Shown here one piece after another: positions 1 through 11,900 of a DNA stretch of 64,000 bases. The DNA is taken from positions 34,658,001 to 34,722,000 of the forward strand of contig NC_086380.1 in NCBI RefSeq assembly GCF_036588685.1, written 5' to 3'. Every line of letters begins with the position of its first letter. Within the stretch, counting starts at the first letter, position 1. The stretch comes from Mytilus trossulus. Lineage: Eukaryota. The position numbers were made by a program, and so were the translations under genes. The notes below the pieces were generated by a model, which saw only the letters and a list, made by a program, of their open reading frames with translations, was not told the DNA's origin and did no database searches.

Positions 1-559
1 GATTACTTTGCGATATGGGTGTTCCTCATTATTTTAGGCCTCATAGACCTTAAGTTGTTTTTAATTTTGTCGTTTGATTATTGTGTACCTAATGCCGTTT
101 TTTTGTGAGTGTGTATGAATAATTTGGGGTGTGGAGGAGGGAGAAAAGATTATCCCATTTAAATACATATAAAAAAGAAGATTTGGTATGATTACCAATG
201 AGACAACTATCCACAAGAAAACAAAATGACCCAGACATTAACAGCTATAGGTTACCGTACGGCCTTCAATCATAAGCGGCCCTGGCTCTTATTTTTTTTG
301 TTTTTTATTAAAAGTTTTTTCTTTGCATTATACAACACGGTTGGTTTACGCAAGGATTTGTACAGTACGACTATACACATTTTTTGTCTAAGTTATGTCC
401 TGGAACAAGTTAATTGCAAGCCATTATTGAAAAGTTCACACTAATTGATATCTACATTGTCAACAGGTTTAGAAATCAATCTGATAATAGTATTATTGTC
501 TAGACATTATGTTGTTATACTTAGGATCTTCCGGTAACACATTAATTTAAAGGGAATAA

Positions 560-1180
560 AATTGCGAATGAAATAGGAAATGTGTCAAAGAGACAACAAC
601 CCGACCAAAGAGTAGAAAACAGCCCGAGGTCACAATGGGTCTTCAATGCAGCGAGAAACTCCCGCACCCGGAGGCGTGCTTCAGCTGATCTATAAAACAA
701 GAATGTATACTTGTTCAGTGATAATGAACGTCATACTAAACTCCAAAATGTGTTTCATACATCACCTATCCATTGAAAGCATTAAAGCAAACGACGATTC
801 CAAGAAATTTTTAAGTAAATAAATTATTCATTAATGTCATGTGAAAGTTATATTTTGCCTTTCAACAAGGTTTTAAAAATATTTGCTACAGATAAAACGA
901 TATTCGCCCAATACTTTATTTAATCCAGACAAGTGTATCTGTCTAGGCGCTTGTTTCTGAGATGTAAGGATTGCAGAGTTTGGTTGGAATCGGAAAATAT
1001 TGTATGGCGTTCATTATCACTGAACTAGTATATATTTGTTTAGGGGCCAGCTGAAGGACGCCTCCGGGTGCGGGAATTTCTCGCTACATTGAAGACCTGT
1101 TGGTGACCTTCTGCTGTTGTTTTTTTTCTATGGTCGGGTTGTCTCTTTGACACATTCCCTATTTCCATTCTCAATTTTAT
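560..1180. repeat. Two inverted copies (about 560-745 plus, about 1001-1180 minus) of a SINE-like family; others near 2682-2848, 6128-6256, 30600-30656
   Basis: GAATGTGTCAAAGAGACAAC..CCCGCACCCGGAGGCGT..CAGCTG..GTTCAGTGATAATG. Confidence 0.8.
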
Positions 1181-2092
1181 TTGAATTCATTTTTCGTGAT
1201 TCTCGATTTGCTTTGTTTTTCAAAGGCCATTCCCGCAGGCTATTTTCCACATTTTACTTTATTTGGCCGGTTATCATTTTTTATTCAAGCGTCAATGAAG
1301 AGTCTATTGTAGAGGAATGGCTGGCGTATACCTGGTATCTTTAATGCGTTTTATTTTCATTGCAAATTCACAATGAAATTCGCATGGAATCAGAATAATT
1401 CTACGGAAATTTGGGTATCAAAATGATCTAGGTTGTTCCAAGCCACTGTGTGTACTTTAAGACTTTCCATTTCAATAACAAATATTAGAAAGGTCATGCT
1501 TAAGAAGAAACAATCAAATGTTAATTAAAAGGCATCTTTTATCTTGCTTTTTTCATCCTTTATCGTAAAAAAATGTTTACGCCATTTCCTTTGGGTGTTA
1601 AGAATATTAAATCTTTAATCAATTTGTCTTGAAGAAATAATGAGAGACAAAGAATAGAACAAATGTTGAATTACACTGCATTTTTTTAAAATAGAAAATA
1701 ATTATCTACTACAATAATTAAAGGGTACATACAGCTTTTTTTTTCCATGGAACAAAAATCGGTAATCGAACGATGTGTTGACGTGGGTGATTTATAAATA
1801 TGCTAGGAGTAAGAAATCATTCTCTTTACTAGAAATGTACACGAATTATAGAAATTTGTTTAAGAAATTTCGCTTGTCATGTTTTGGAATTTTATGTCAG
1901 ATTTTCGGAATCCTCTTTTTTAGTCAAGGTAGTTTTCGATGAAGTTGAAGTTTAATCATCTTGAAACTTAGCACACGTGTTACCTATGATATGATCTTTC
2001 TAATTTAAATGCCCCAAATTTTTGAAATATTCATTTCAATGATTTAATTTTCAAATATCTTGGAATCGTCGTTTGCCTTAAAGGTTAGGTGA

Positions 2093-2544
2093 TACAAGGG
2101 GTACAATCAAAATCACGTGATGGATATACACACACCGGAAGTAACAGTCGAGCAGACCGCTTGAAAGGTAAGTAGTCGTATTTACTTGTTTATATCAATA
2201 AAATTTAATAAATAAGGTAGTGCACCGAATATCGGATACTATCTGGTTTTGAAATACACAATTATCCTTGCTGGAAAGCATGCAGTTAATGCTAACACTT
2301 CGACACAGTTCCAAAATTTCACCAGATAACTGTGTCGAAGTGTTTGTTATAACTGCACGCTTTCTAGCAAAAACAATTGTATTTTAAAACAACATACTAT
2401 CCGACATTCGGTGTGCCAACTTATTAATCAAATTTTAATTAAGATAAACAAGAAAATGCAACTACTAACCTTTCAAGCGGCGAGTTCGACTGTAACTTCC
2501 GGTGTGTGTATATCCATCACGTGATTTTTATTGTACCCCTTGTG
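2093..2544. mobile_element. Foldback/palindromic MITE
   Basis: Imperfect inverted arms of about 217 bp (TACAAGGGGTACAA..TTGTACCCCTTGTG), a 17-nt loop at 2311-2327, flanks TTAGGTGA/ATAGGTGA. Confidence 0.88.
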
Positions 2545-3270
2545 ATAGGTGATATATCAAACATTAGCGTTTTACTGGAATCTCCAAATTATAACAACAT
2601 AGTTCTAGACAATAAAGCTATCATTAGATTTACAATTTTGAATCTTAATTAGCAAGATCTTTTTGAAAATGGCATAAAAATCAAAATGGACATAGGGAAT
2701 GTGTCAAAGAGACAAAAACCCGACCAAAAAGAAAATAACAACAGAAGTCCACCAACAGGTCTTCAATGCAGCGAGACAATCCAGCAGCCGCAGGCGTGCT
2801 TCAGCTGGCCTATAAAAATGTATACTAGTTCAGTGATAATGGACGTCATTTGCGAGTTTGGACGTGGTGAGTTTCTGATCATTGTACAGATCAGCAAAGA
2901 AAAATCAAACATGGAAAAAAGTAAAATCACAAAAATACTGAACTTAGAGGAAAATCAATTCGGAAAGTCCATAATCAAATGGCAAAATCAAATAACAAAA
3001 CGTATCAAAAACGAATAGACAAGAACTGTCATATTCCTTGAATGGACAGCAAGGATTTTGAAATATGCGACTACCTTGGAGCTAAATATCTTGCCCTATG
3101 TCCTATCCTCAAGAAGCCATTATATATGTTGTGTACAAGATGTAAGTTTGTACAAATCATAATTTGTTCAGGATTTTTGTACAAGTTTTTTTTACATATA
3201 CCGTCTTTTTGTACCAGGTGATTAAGGGTTATCTTCTAAAATGTACCAGTTCAAATTTCTATACCTCAAC

Positions 3271-3354
3271 CACAGGCACTTGTCTCAATTTTTTTTCTTT
3301 TCTATATACCTTAATTTAGGTATATAGGGGGGGGAATTGAGACAAGTGCCTGTG
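3271..3354. mobile_element. 84-bp hairpin MITE with 8-bp TSD
   Basis: 20-bp perfect TIR CACAGGCACTTGTCTCAATT; ACCTCAAC at 3263-3270 and 3355-3362. Confidence 0.88.
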
Positions 3355-4084
3355 ACCTCAACCTAACATTTAGTGCTAATCTTCTTGTCCTCTAACTATA
3401 AATGAAGTAACCTGAATGGTTTAAATTATAATTTTATTTTCTCCTTATACCACATTATAATCCACAACATACACATCGTTCGATATATGTTACCACATGA
3501 CCACATTTTTTATATTTGTCTACCCTGCCATTGACCACAACAACAAGGTTAGTACTGCTTTCCTTTGACGGAACGAAAGTTGAGAAAGTATAGGGTTCAT
3601 TTAATTCTCACGATACCTTGAAACATGAATACACAAGAAAGGTTAAATTAGAAATTGATTGCAAAATAAAAATTGGCTTGATGTCTCCTTTTTCGGTATT
3701 TAACGTCAAAGAGAAATTAAAATTAATAAACGGAAAATAACGGAAAATAATTAAAAATCTAGGAACATGAAAGAAGGTAATACAGTAGAATTTATAATAA
3801 CAATTTGTTCATATATTGCAAGCAATCTATCTAGAGACCAATATCTTAGGATGGACTACGAAGTGCCTGAAAAAAATAAATTAAGAATGTAAGAAGCAAA
3901 CTACAGAAAACAAAACACTACGAAAAAACTGACAACTTAGCAATATGAACTTTCTAAAAAAATAAAATGGTTTTAAACACAGGTGCTTATGAAGGGTAAG
4001 CTGATCTTTGGCCAATAGTTTTACCCATGATATTTTCAACTCCCTCAGTCAAAATTGGCTTTAATTTTTTTTTATTATTTGTTA

Positions 4085-4620
4085 ATGGCTTTGAACTAGC
4101 TGTCAGATAACTGCGAGTACTCTCAGATCTGTTCATTGTGTCTTTTTGTGTCGGGATGTATAAGTACCCGGCCACGTCCACTTGTATTTTTTGTTTATCT
4201 GATGAGTTAAGCCTTTTTCATCTGATTTTTATAGTTCGTTCTTATGTTGTACTGTTATACCACTGTCCCAGGTTAGGGGGATGGTTGGGATCCCGCTAAC
4301 ATGTTTAACCCCGCCACATTATTTATGTATGTGCCTGTCCCAAGCCAGGAGCCTGTAATTCAGTGGTTGTCGTTTGTTTATGTGTTACATATTTGTTCTT
4401 CGTTCATTTTTTAAAATAAATAAGGCCGTTAGTTTTCTCCTTTGAATTGTTTTACATTGTCTTATCGGGGTCTGTTATAGCTGACTATATGCGGTATGGA
4501 CTTTGCTCATTGTTGAAGGCCGTACGGTGACCTATAATTGTTAATGTTTGTGTCATTTTGGTCTTTTGTGGATAGTGGATAGTTGTCTCATTGGCAATCA
4601 TACCACATCTTCTTTTTTTA
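4085..4620 (-). repeat. SINE-like dispersed family (partial copies near 172-272, 40975-41152, 56380-56555, 58950-59070)
   Basis: Shared TTGAAGGCCGTACGGTGACCTATA..GTTGTCTCATTGGCAATCATACCACATCTTC. Confidence 0.75.
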
Positions 4621-5853
4621 TATTTAGCTGAATTTGGCTATTTACTTTAGATATTTTTGACATATAGCTCTTCAACAGTTTCGGTACTTATACATCTTCG
4701 GATTTCAAATGTTTGGCTTTTAGCGTTACCGATGAAGGTAAATCCAGAAAAGCACTTCGGACGCAAGAATTTCTTAAACGTCTTGTTTTCATTTTTTTTT
4801 CACAACTAGCACAAATCTGTTTATATTTCTCGTAACCTGACTGATGAGGAAAAGGGGGCACGATTATGGCTACAAAAAGTTGACCTTTTGGGGATATCTT
4901 TGATACAGATACTATGGTCAACTAATAGATATTTATTTTTTCCTGTGGACTTTTTTTGTCATGATATTTAGGTTTACGTCAAAATTTTCTATGTTATGAA
5001 TTGATTTTTCTCTTATCATTAAAAGTCAATTTTCCAATTCTTTTTATTATCTTGTCGTATTTCTAATTTAGACATTCGATTAACATTATTTGATGATTGT
5101 TAAATTCATGGTGTATTTTTGATTAAATAAAATTGCATCGATATCACTGCCAGTGTACCGGAAGTGAGAAACCATTCTTTAACTGAAGATACATTTAAAC
5201 CAAAATAATAGTATAAACAAGTTCTCTTCGAAGTTTTAAAGGATATTTAAATGAAAAAAGACAGAATGATTTTTTGAAACTTTCTTAATGTGTCAAGAAC
5301 AGGTATTTTGGTAGGGATCATTTACTAAATCACATGGGAACTTGCGTTGAATTCTGAAAATTCAAATTTATTCCATTTACTACAAATGAAAAACTTCGAA
5401 TTAAAACGAAGAAATGTTTATTCTGTCGTGTTATAATGAAAACTTAAAAAAAGACATAAACGCAATTCAACATTAGTATATTAAGTGATTGACGGACAGG
5501 CAACACCATGGTCTCGAAACAAAAAATTGCAAACCAATGCAGTCCTCAAAACAAAACGTTCGTTACTTTATGTTTATATGTAATGTACTTTTCTATGATG
5601 ACTAATTGAAAATGTAAGCAGTGTATTCGTATTTTTTTCAATGGCATACCAGCTCTATTGTTTTTCTTATCCTGGCGAAAATTTTACTCTTCTTTTCATT
5701 ATCAAGTAATAAATAGTAAGGGACTAAAACATACTTATGCTTACAGTAATTATTAAGACACAATACGATTAATTGCAAAATCACTCATATTATTGGCTAA
5801 TTTTAGTAGTTTATGTAATAATAATTTTATAAAATAAATCTTTTTTCAGTGAG

Positions 5854-5952
5854 TCTTTGCTGTGGATGACGTAAAGAGCGAAGGACTATTGCCTAACAAT
5901 GATCTGACCATACAATACGAGAATACAAAATGTAATGATGTCTATGGATTGG
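5854..5952 (+). CDS. Guanylyl cyclase exon a (start of ANF-receptor ectodomain)
   Basis: [32 protein letters not shown], donor G|GTAAGA (phase 1). The 5' boundary is uncertain: GAG acceptor at 5851-5853, or CAG at 5847-5849 followed by in-frame TGA. Confidence 0.75.
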
Positions 5953-8900
5953 GTAAGATTTATAAATGAAAGGTTTTATCGTTCATTTTACACGTTCATT
6001 TAGACTGATTACGGGTTTGTATTTCTACGAACAACGCGATGACTGCCACATGTGAAGCAGGATCTGCTTACCATTGTCAAACACCCGATATCACTCACTT
6101 TGGTCGGAATTTTGTTATACCAATTAGTTGAGAATGGAAACGAGGACCGTGTAAAATAGACATCAACCCGATCAAAGAGTAGAAAACAGCTGTAGGCTAC
6201 AAATAGGTCTTCAACAACCCCAAAACGCACCGGAGTCGTGCATCAGCTGGTCCATAAAGAATAAATACCACACTCAACTCAGAATCCATATAAAAATAAA
6301 GATGCAAGACTAACAAAGGCTTGACCTTGGACAGGCGCAAAAATGCAGCAGGGTTAAACATGTTTTGTGAGATCTAATCATTCCCCTTATAGCCCTAGGC
6401 AATGTGAAATAATTAAACACACATCAATAAGCACAGTAATACTGATCTTTAATAAATCCGAGTCCGATAAAAGAACAGGTAACACTTACAATGTACCATA
6501 TAAATACTAGTACTATTGAAAGTAATGCAAATACTAATGAATCCCCGTTTTTACAATTGAAAAGAGGATTTCTTGAAATATTAGTTCTGCGATGAAGCTT
6601 GTGATAAATAATGGCGTTCATAAATCGTCGTACTATATACAAGCTGCAGCTTTACGCACGACTGTAAATAAAAAAAATCTCCTCACAGATGACCGCGGTG
6701 TGTTCCAAATGTTGAAGCAAGATCTCGTTCTCATTTCCTGACATTTCCTGTTCAAACGACTTCATCATGTGACAGTTTTCTATACGGGTTTTGTCTTGCT
6801 TATTGTTAAATAAACTCATCATAGATACCAGGACTAACTTTTGTATATACGTCAGACTTTAAAAGGCGTCGTGCAATGCCCTATTATTGATTAAATTCCA
6901 ATCCTTTTGATACCGGTTTGATTTTGGTATCGGTTTATCCCAGGAAGAGATTACCTTAGATGTATTTGGCACAACTTTTTGGAATTTTGGATCCTCAATG
7001 CTCTTCGACTTCGTACTTGTTTGGCTTTATAAATATTTTGATATGAGCGTCACTGATGAGTTTTGTGTAGACGAATCGCGCGTCTGGCGAACTAATTTAT
7101 AATCCTGGTACCTTTGATAACTATTTACACCACTAGGTCGATGCCACTGCTGGTGGACGTTTCGTCCCCGAGGGTATCACCAGCCCACTAGTCAGCACTT
7201 CGGTGTTGACATGAATATCAATTATGTGGTCATTTTTATAAATTTCCTGAATATAAAACTTTGAATTTTCGAAAAACTAAGGATTTTCTTATCCCATGCA
7301 TAGATTACCATAGCCGTATTTGGCACAACTTTTTGGAATTTTGGATCCTCAATGCTCTTCAACTTCGTACTTGTTTGGCTTTATAAATATTTTGATATGA
7401 GCGTCACTGATGAGTCTTGTGTAGACGAAACGCGCGTCTAGCGTTCTAAATTATAATCCTGGTACCTATGATAACTATTTGATGTGTTTGGGCTTTTAAT
7501 TTTGTCATTTGATAAGGGAATTTGCTTTTTAAATTTTCGTCGGAGTTCAGTATTTTTTTGGTGATTTTACTTTTTAGAAGTTGTCTCATTGGCAATCTTA
7601 CGTATCTCCTTATTCAGTATTTTAGTTTCTGAATTTTTAGTCTATTGTTTTGATAGGTAGTGTTATGTTGTGAGTTTGGCTGTTCGGCCGTATGAGTGGT
7701 AATGCATATAATCATGTGACTACATGGATTGTGCCATTTTTAATAATGAATAAATCCAAAACGGAAGTGATGAACACAAATTACAGATTTGTATAAACGA
7801 AACGAATATTATGAAGTATAATCGTTACAGGTAGAACGAGTGATTTGTTGGCACAGACAAAATATCATGTAATAATTGGACCACAGTGCTCAGGAGTATG
7901 CAGCCATGTATGCCGACTAGCCGCCTACTACAATATACCATGTTTCTCGGGAGTTTGTCAAGACACTGAGATGCTTAACAAGAATACATTTAAGGTACAT
8001 GTATTATACACTATTCGTTTAAGAGATATAAATTGCCTAATTAATGAGTTAGGTATTAACAATTAACCTGGAAATTTTACTTATACCTTCTTGACACTTA
8101 CCATAGGAGAAATCCTTGGTTTTTGATTAGGGACTTTTTGTTTTGAATTTTCCACGGCGTTCGGTATTTTTGTGATTTTTCTTTTCGTTCTATATCCAGA
8201 AAATGCAACTTTATTCGATTTACTACACACACAAACTAATAAAGATATGTGTTTTAAAACGAAGAAATTTTTACTCTTTCAAGTTATAATAAAAGTTATA
8301 AGAGTAAAGCGCAATTAATTAGTATATATCAAAGACGGACACAAAGTCAAAATGGTCATCCAACACGTCCTCAAAACATAACGTATCAAACTCGAACGTA
8401 CGTTTCTTAATGTTAATACATACGGTTAATTTTCTATAAGGAAAAATTGAAAAACGTAAGCAGTGTACACGTTTCCAATTCAATGGCATACCAATTCTGT
8501 TGTTTTCTTAATTATATATATCATATAATCATATGAGACCATCGTTGAAAATAGAAAAATAAGCTTATCTCATTTGATAAAAGAAACGTGCATAAGAAAT
8601 AGAATCAGTAAGCTTAAATCTAGGACAATTAGTTAACAAATGAATAAAAGACTATAGTTAACTTCAAAGCGTGCAGATTTCAACGTAATGCACTGATATT
8701 GGCGACTAAAAATGAGACCAAAGAAAGAAAGTATTTTTTTTCTTTGTTGTCATTATCCTCAATATGACGATAAACGAATAAGTCACAACTGCTATTGTTC
8801 CATTATTATATAAAACGGACAAAATGTGATTAAATATGATATAGTATTGTCTTTGTCTTAATCATTCTTAAAGCAATGTTAAAAGATACTAAATCATACC

Positions 8901-11900
8901 ACGGAAGGATAATTGATCCGGGAGGCTCGTATAACATACATTCCACTAAATAATTGTCATTATGGACACAATTTATGTAAATTAGAGACAGCAATAGTCT
9001 ACCTATCATACATCCATTGGGGTAAATACAAAGATAAACAACAAAAAACTGAGGGAGTATGACGCAATCGATCAAGTTGAAAGAGTAGATGACTATTCAG
9101 AGATATAAAAAGTAAAATCACAAAAATATTGACCTCAGAAAAAATCTTATCGGAATGTTCTTAATCATGGCAAAATTCAAATGACAAAAAACATAAAAAT
9201 CGAATGGACAACAACTGTCATATACCTGACTTGGTACAGGCAAAGATCTAAGACAACCAAAACATGTTAGGAGTAATTTAAAACACAGACACACTTTATC
9301 GGTCTGTCAATTCTTGAAGTGATGGTGACCGTAATTTTAATGTTCTTTGACGAATTTGACCTACCGAATTATATTTATAACCAGGTTTGTACAAAAGTGT
9401 TCAATTACAAACGAACATATCCATCATGAGAAAGTATTTTTTATTGACTCTTTTAACAACACCTTGATGATCACAATCAGTAATGCGATGGAAAAATATG
9501 TGTACTAATCAAATGTTTGTATGCACACACTGAGTCGGTTGGCCAAGTAATTGTCATCCTAATTATATGAGCCACCTGTTTGCACTTTTTTTGATAATAA
9601 TTGTATCAAGGTTTTGAGTTTGAAAAGAGGCAAATCAAATGCAACATGGACAAGAACAAAACATAAGATAAATCGTTTATACACAATGAAAAAAAATGAC
9701 TATCATGATATGTTCGGAGCTGTCGTCATATTGACTAAATGCCACAGTAGAGACACAGTCAAATTCGTTAAGAATAAAAAAAAAAAAGAAACAAAAAAAT
9801 ATCTTGATACATTTCGGTTATACCTACAACAATAACACATAACAATATTTCGATCGATTGACCAATTATTGACGGCAAATCTTTTTTTTTATTTTTATCA
9901 GCTAACTATATTTAGTATTCGTAATCTGATTATAGTTTAAAGCAGCTTATGTAAAATCAAATAAAATGTAATAAAGGTTTTGGCAATAGTATTTCCGACG
10001 CGCGTTTTTTTTTCATATTTACGTTGCATAAGCAAGATGTCCTTGTAGTAAATATAAGCTCTTGCAATTGAAAACGTTCAGTGCTATATTCATATTAAGT
10101 TATATGTGCACGAATCTGATCATGGGTCACATTATGTTACAGATTATCTGAAAAATAAAAGTCATTTAATCACCAATATTATGGGCTATGTATTTAGCCC
10201 AATATCCAAAGTAAATGTTTCCAAATTTATAGAGCTGTAAAAAATCTGTATCTTACTTTTATTTGCCTTAAATTAAACAGGATCCAGTATTCTATTAATG
10301 TATATTATTAATTAGAATTTGGCTTAATGTAATGGTCATTCGTTGACCTTTTTGTATGCAAATAGCCATGATTTAGTTTCAAAAGTATGTTTTATTTGTT
10401 GAAATGTAAATAAGATTCTAGGAAATCCTGTATTAGTTGTACTTAATGGACTGACGTGTTATTATAAAAGAAATCTTTTTATGTTGATTAGCTACATTCC
10501 ATTTTAAGTTTAGCTCCAAGTTCGGTATTTATGTTATATTTCTTTTTGCATCAATCCACAAACACAACGATTTGCTGTGAAAATTTAATTAATGAATGGG
10601 AGTTAGTGGATTTTTGTTGTTGAAATGCTACTAATTATTTGGGATTTTATGGCTTGTTGTGTTATTATTGTGATTAATTTTGATCTACATATACTAAAGA
10701 TGTTAATTGAAGGTCACTAATTCTAAATAATACATAATAAATGCCGTTAAATGACAATATTACATAGATCGCATGATAATATTAAACCTCCAAAACTGTT
10801 CTTCGAGTAATTCGCGGTTCAGAACGAGATCAACTTACAAGATATAAGTAATTATTAGTTGTTCTCAATTTTCGATTTATTAATGTACCTGGATATTGCA
10901 TTGTATTGGTAGTTATTTAATTTGTTTTACATTGGCTGAGATGAATTGCCGTGGTTGCCCATTGAAAGGAAAACCGACAATGTCTCGTTTGAAATGAATG
11001 CAATTATTTCTATCCTTTAAAATCATTTAACAATGACTGTTGCCAAGACATTGTCGATGACGTCGCATCAAAACGAAAAGGGGGATGCATGGAGGGAGAT
11101 ACAATCCCTTTCTTTTACTTTGATAAGTTCATGCCAATTAATTTTTATTTAACTTGGTTTTGGATAATGAGTACTTAATTTAAACACTCTTTTACTCAAT
11201 ATCAATGATACCAATTTTACTACACCAGCTTTGCATTTCGACAATTAGTTTTTTTTTCTTTCATTCTGGAGGCTTAAATAATTTAAATACAAAACTTCTT
11301 GAAATATGAAAAGCTTATAAAACCAAAATGGACAGAAATTTCCCCAAAGCAAGGTAAGGAATGGGCGCTCTATATAAGGGAAATTCATGTTTTATTTTAG
11401 AATAATTTCCAATTGTTATAACAGCTTTTAAAAAAAGATTATCCTTTTTTTCACATTTGTATTACAATATTAAGTCAGAATTTTATTTCTCAAAATGTTC
11501 AACTATGTAATATATTTATTTATAGACATTGACTCGGTTTCTCGGAACATTTGACAAGGTTGGTCTCGCTGTGACAGGATTAATGGATACGTTTGGATGG
11601 ACGCGCTTTAGCGTCATAAGTCAGTTTCACGTAGATAAGATTTGGATGTTGACACGTGACGCCATCGATGAAACAGCAACCAATAAAAATATGACGGTTG
11701 CAGCAGTCCATACATATGGCGCAGAGGGTGAACTGTCATTACTGGAAATAGTGAAAAATGTTGCTGCAGAATCAAGAAGTAGGTTTATATTGTAGACAAT
11801 TTTTTATGTATATGTGTCTTGTGAATTCATATGTCTCGTTGGCAAGTAAAGGTCTACCTCTTTTCCTTAAATATGTATGCATTAAAAGAATACAGTTGTT

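Noticed and set aside
226-5800. Short ORFs (226-444, 1117-1344, 2686-3018, 3987-4181, 4688-4921) as genes or as the missing signal-peptide exon
   Set aside because: They overlap dispersed repeats or low-complexity DNA, and none gives a convincing signal peptide with a suitable donor. The first exon is probably upstream of the window.
5850-5852. In-frame TGA as a selenocysteine codon
   Set aside because: The position is not a conserved Cys in this family and I could not identify a SECIS in the 3'UTR. An alternative acceptor or an allele error is simpler.
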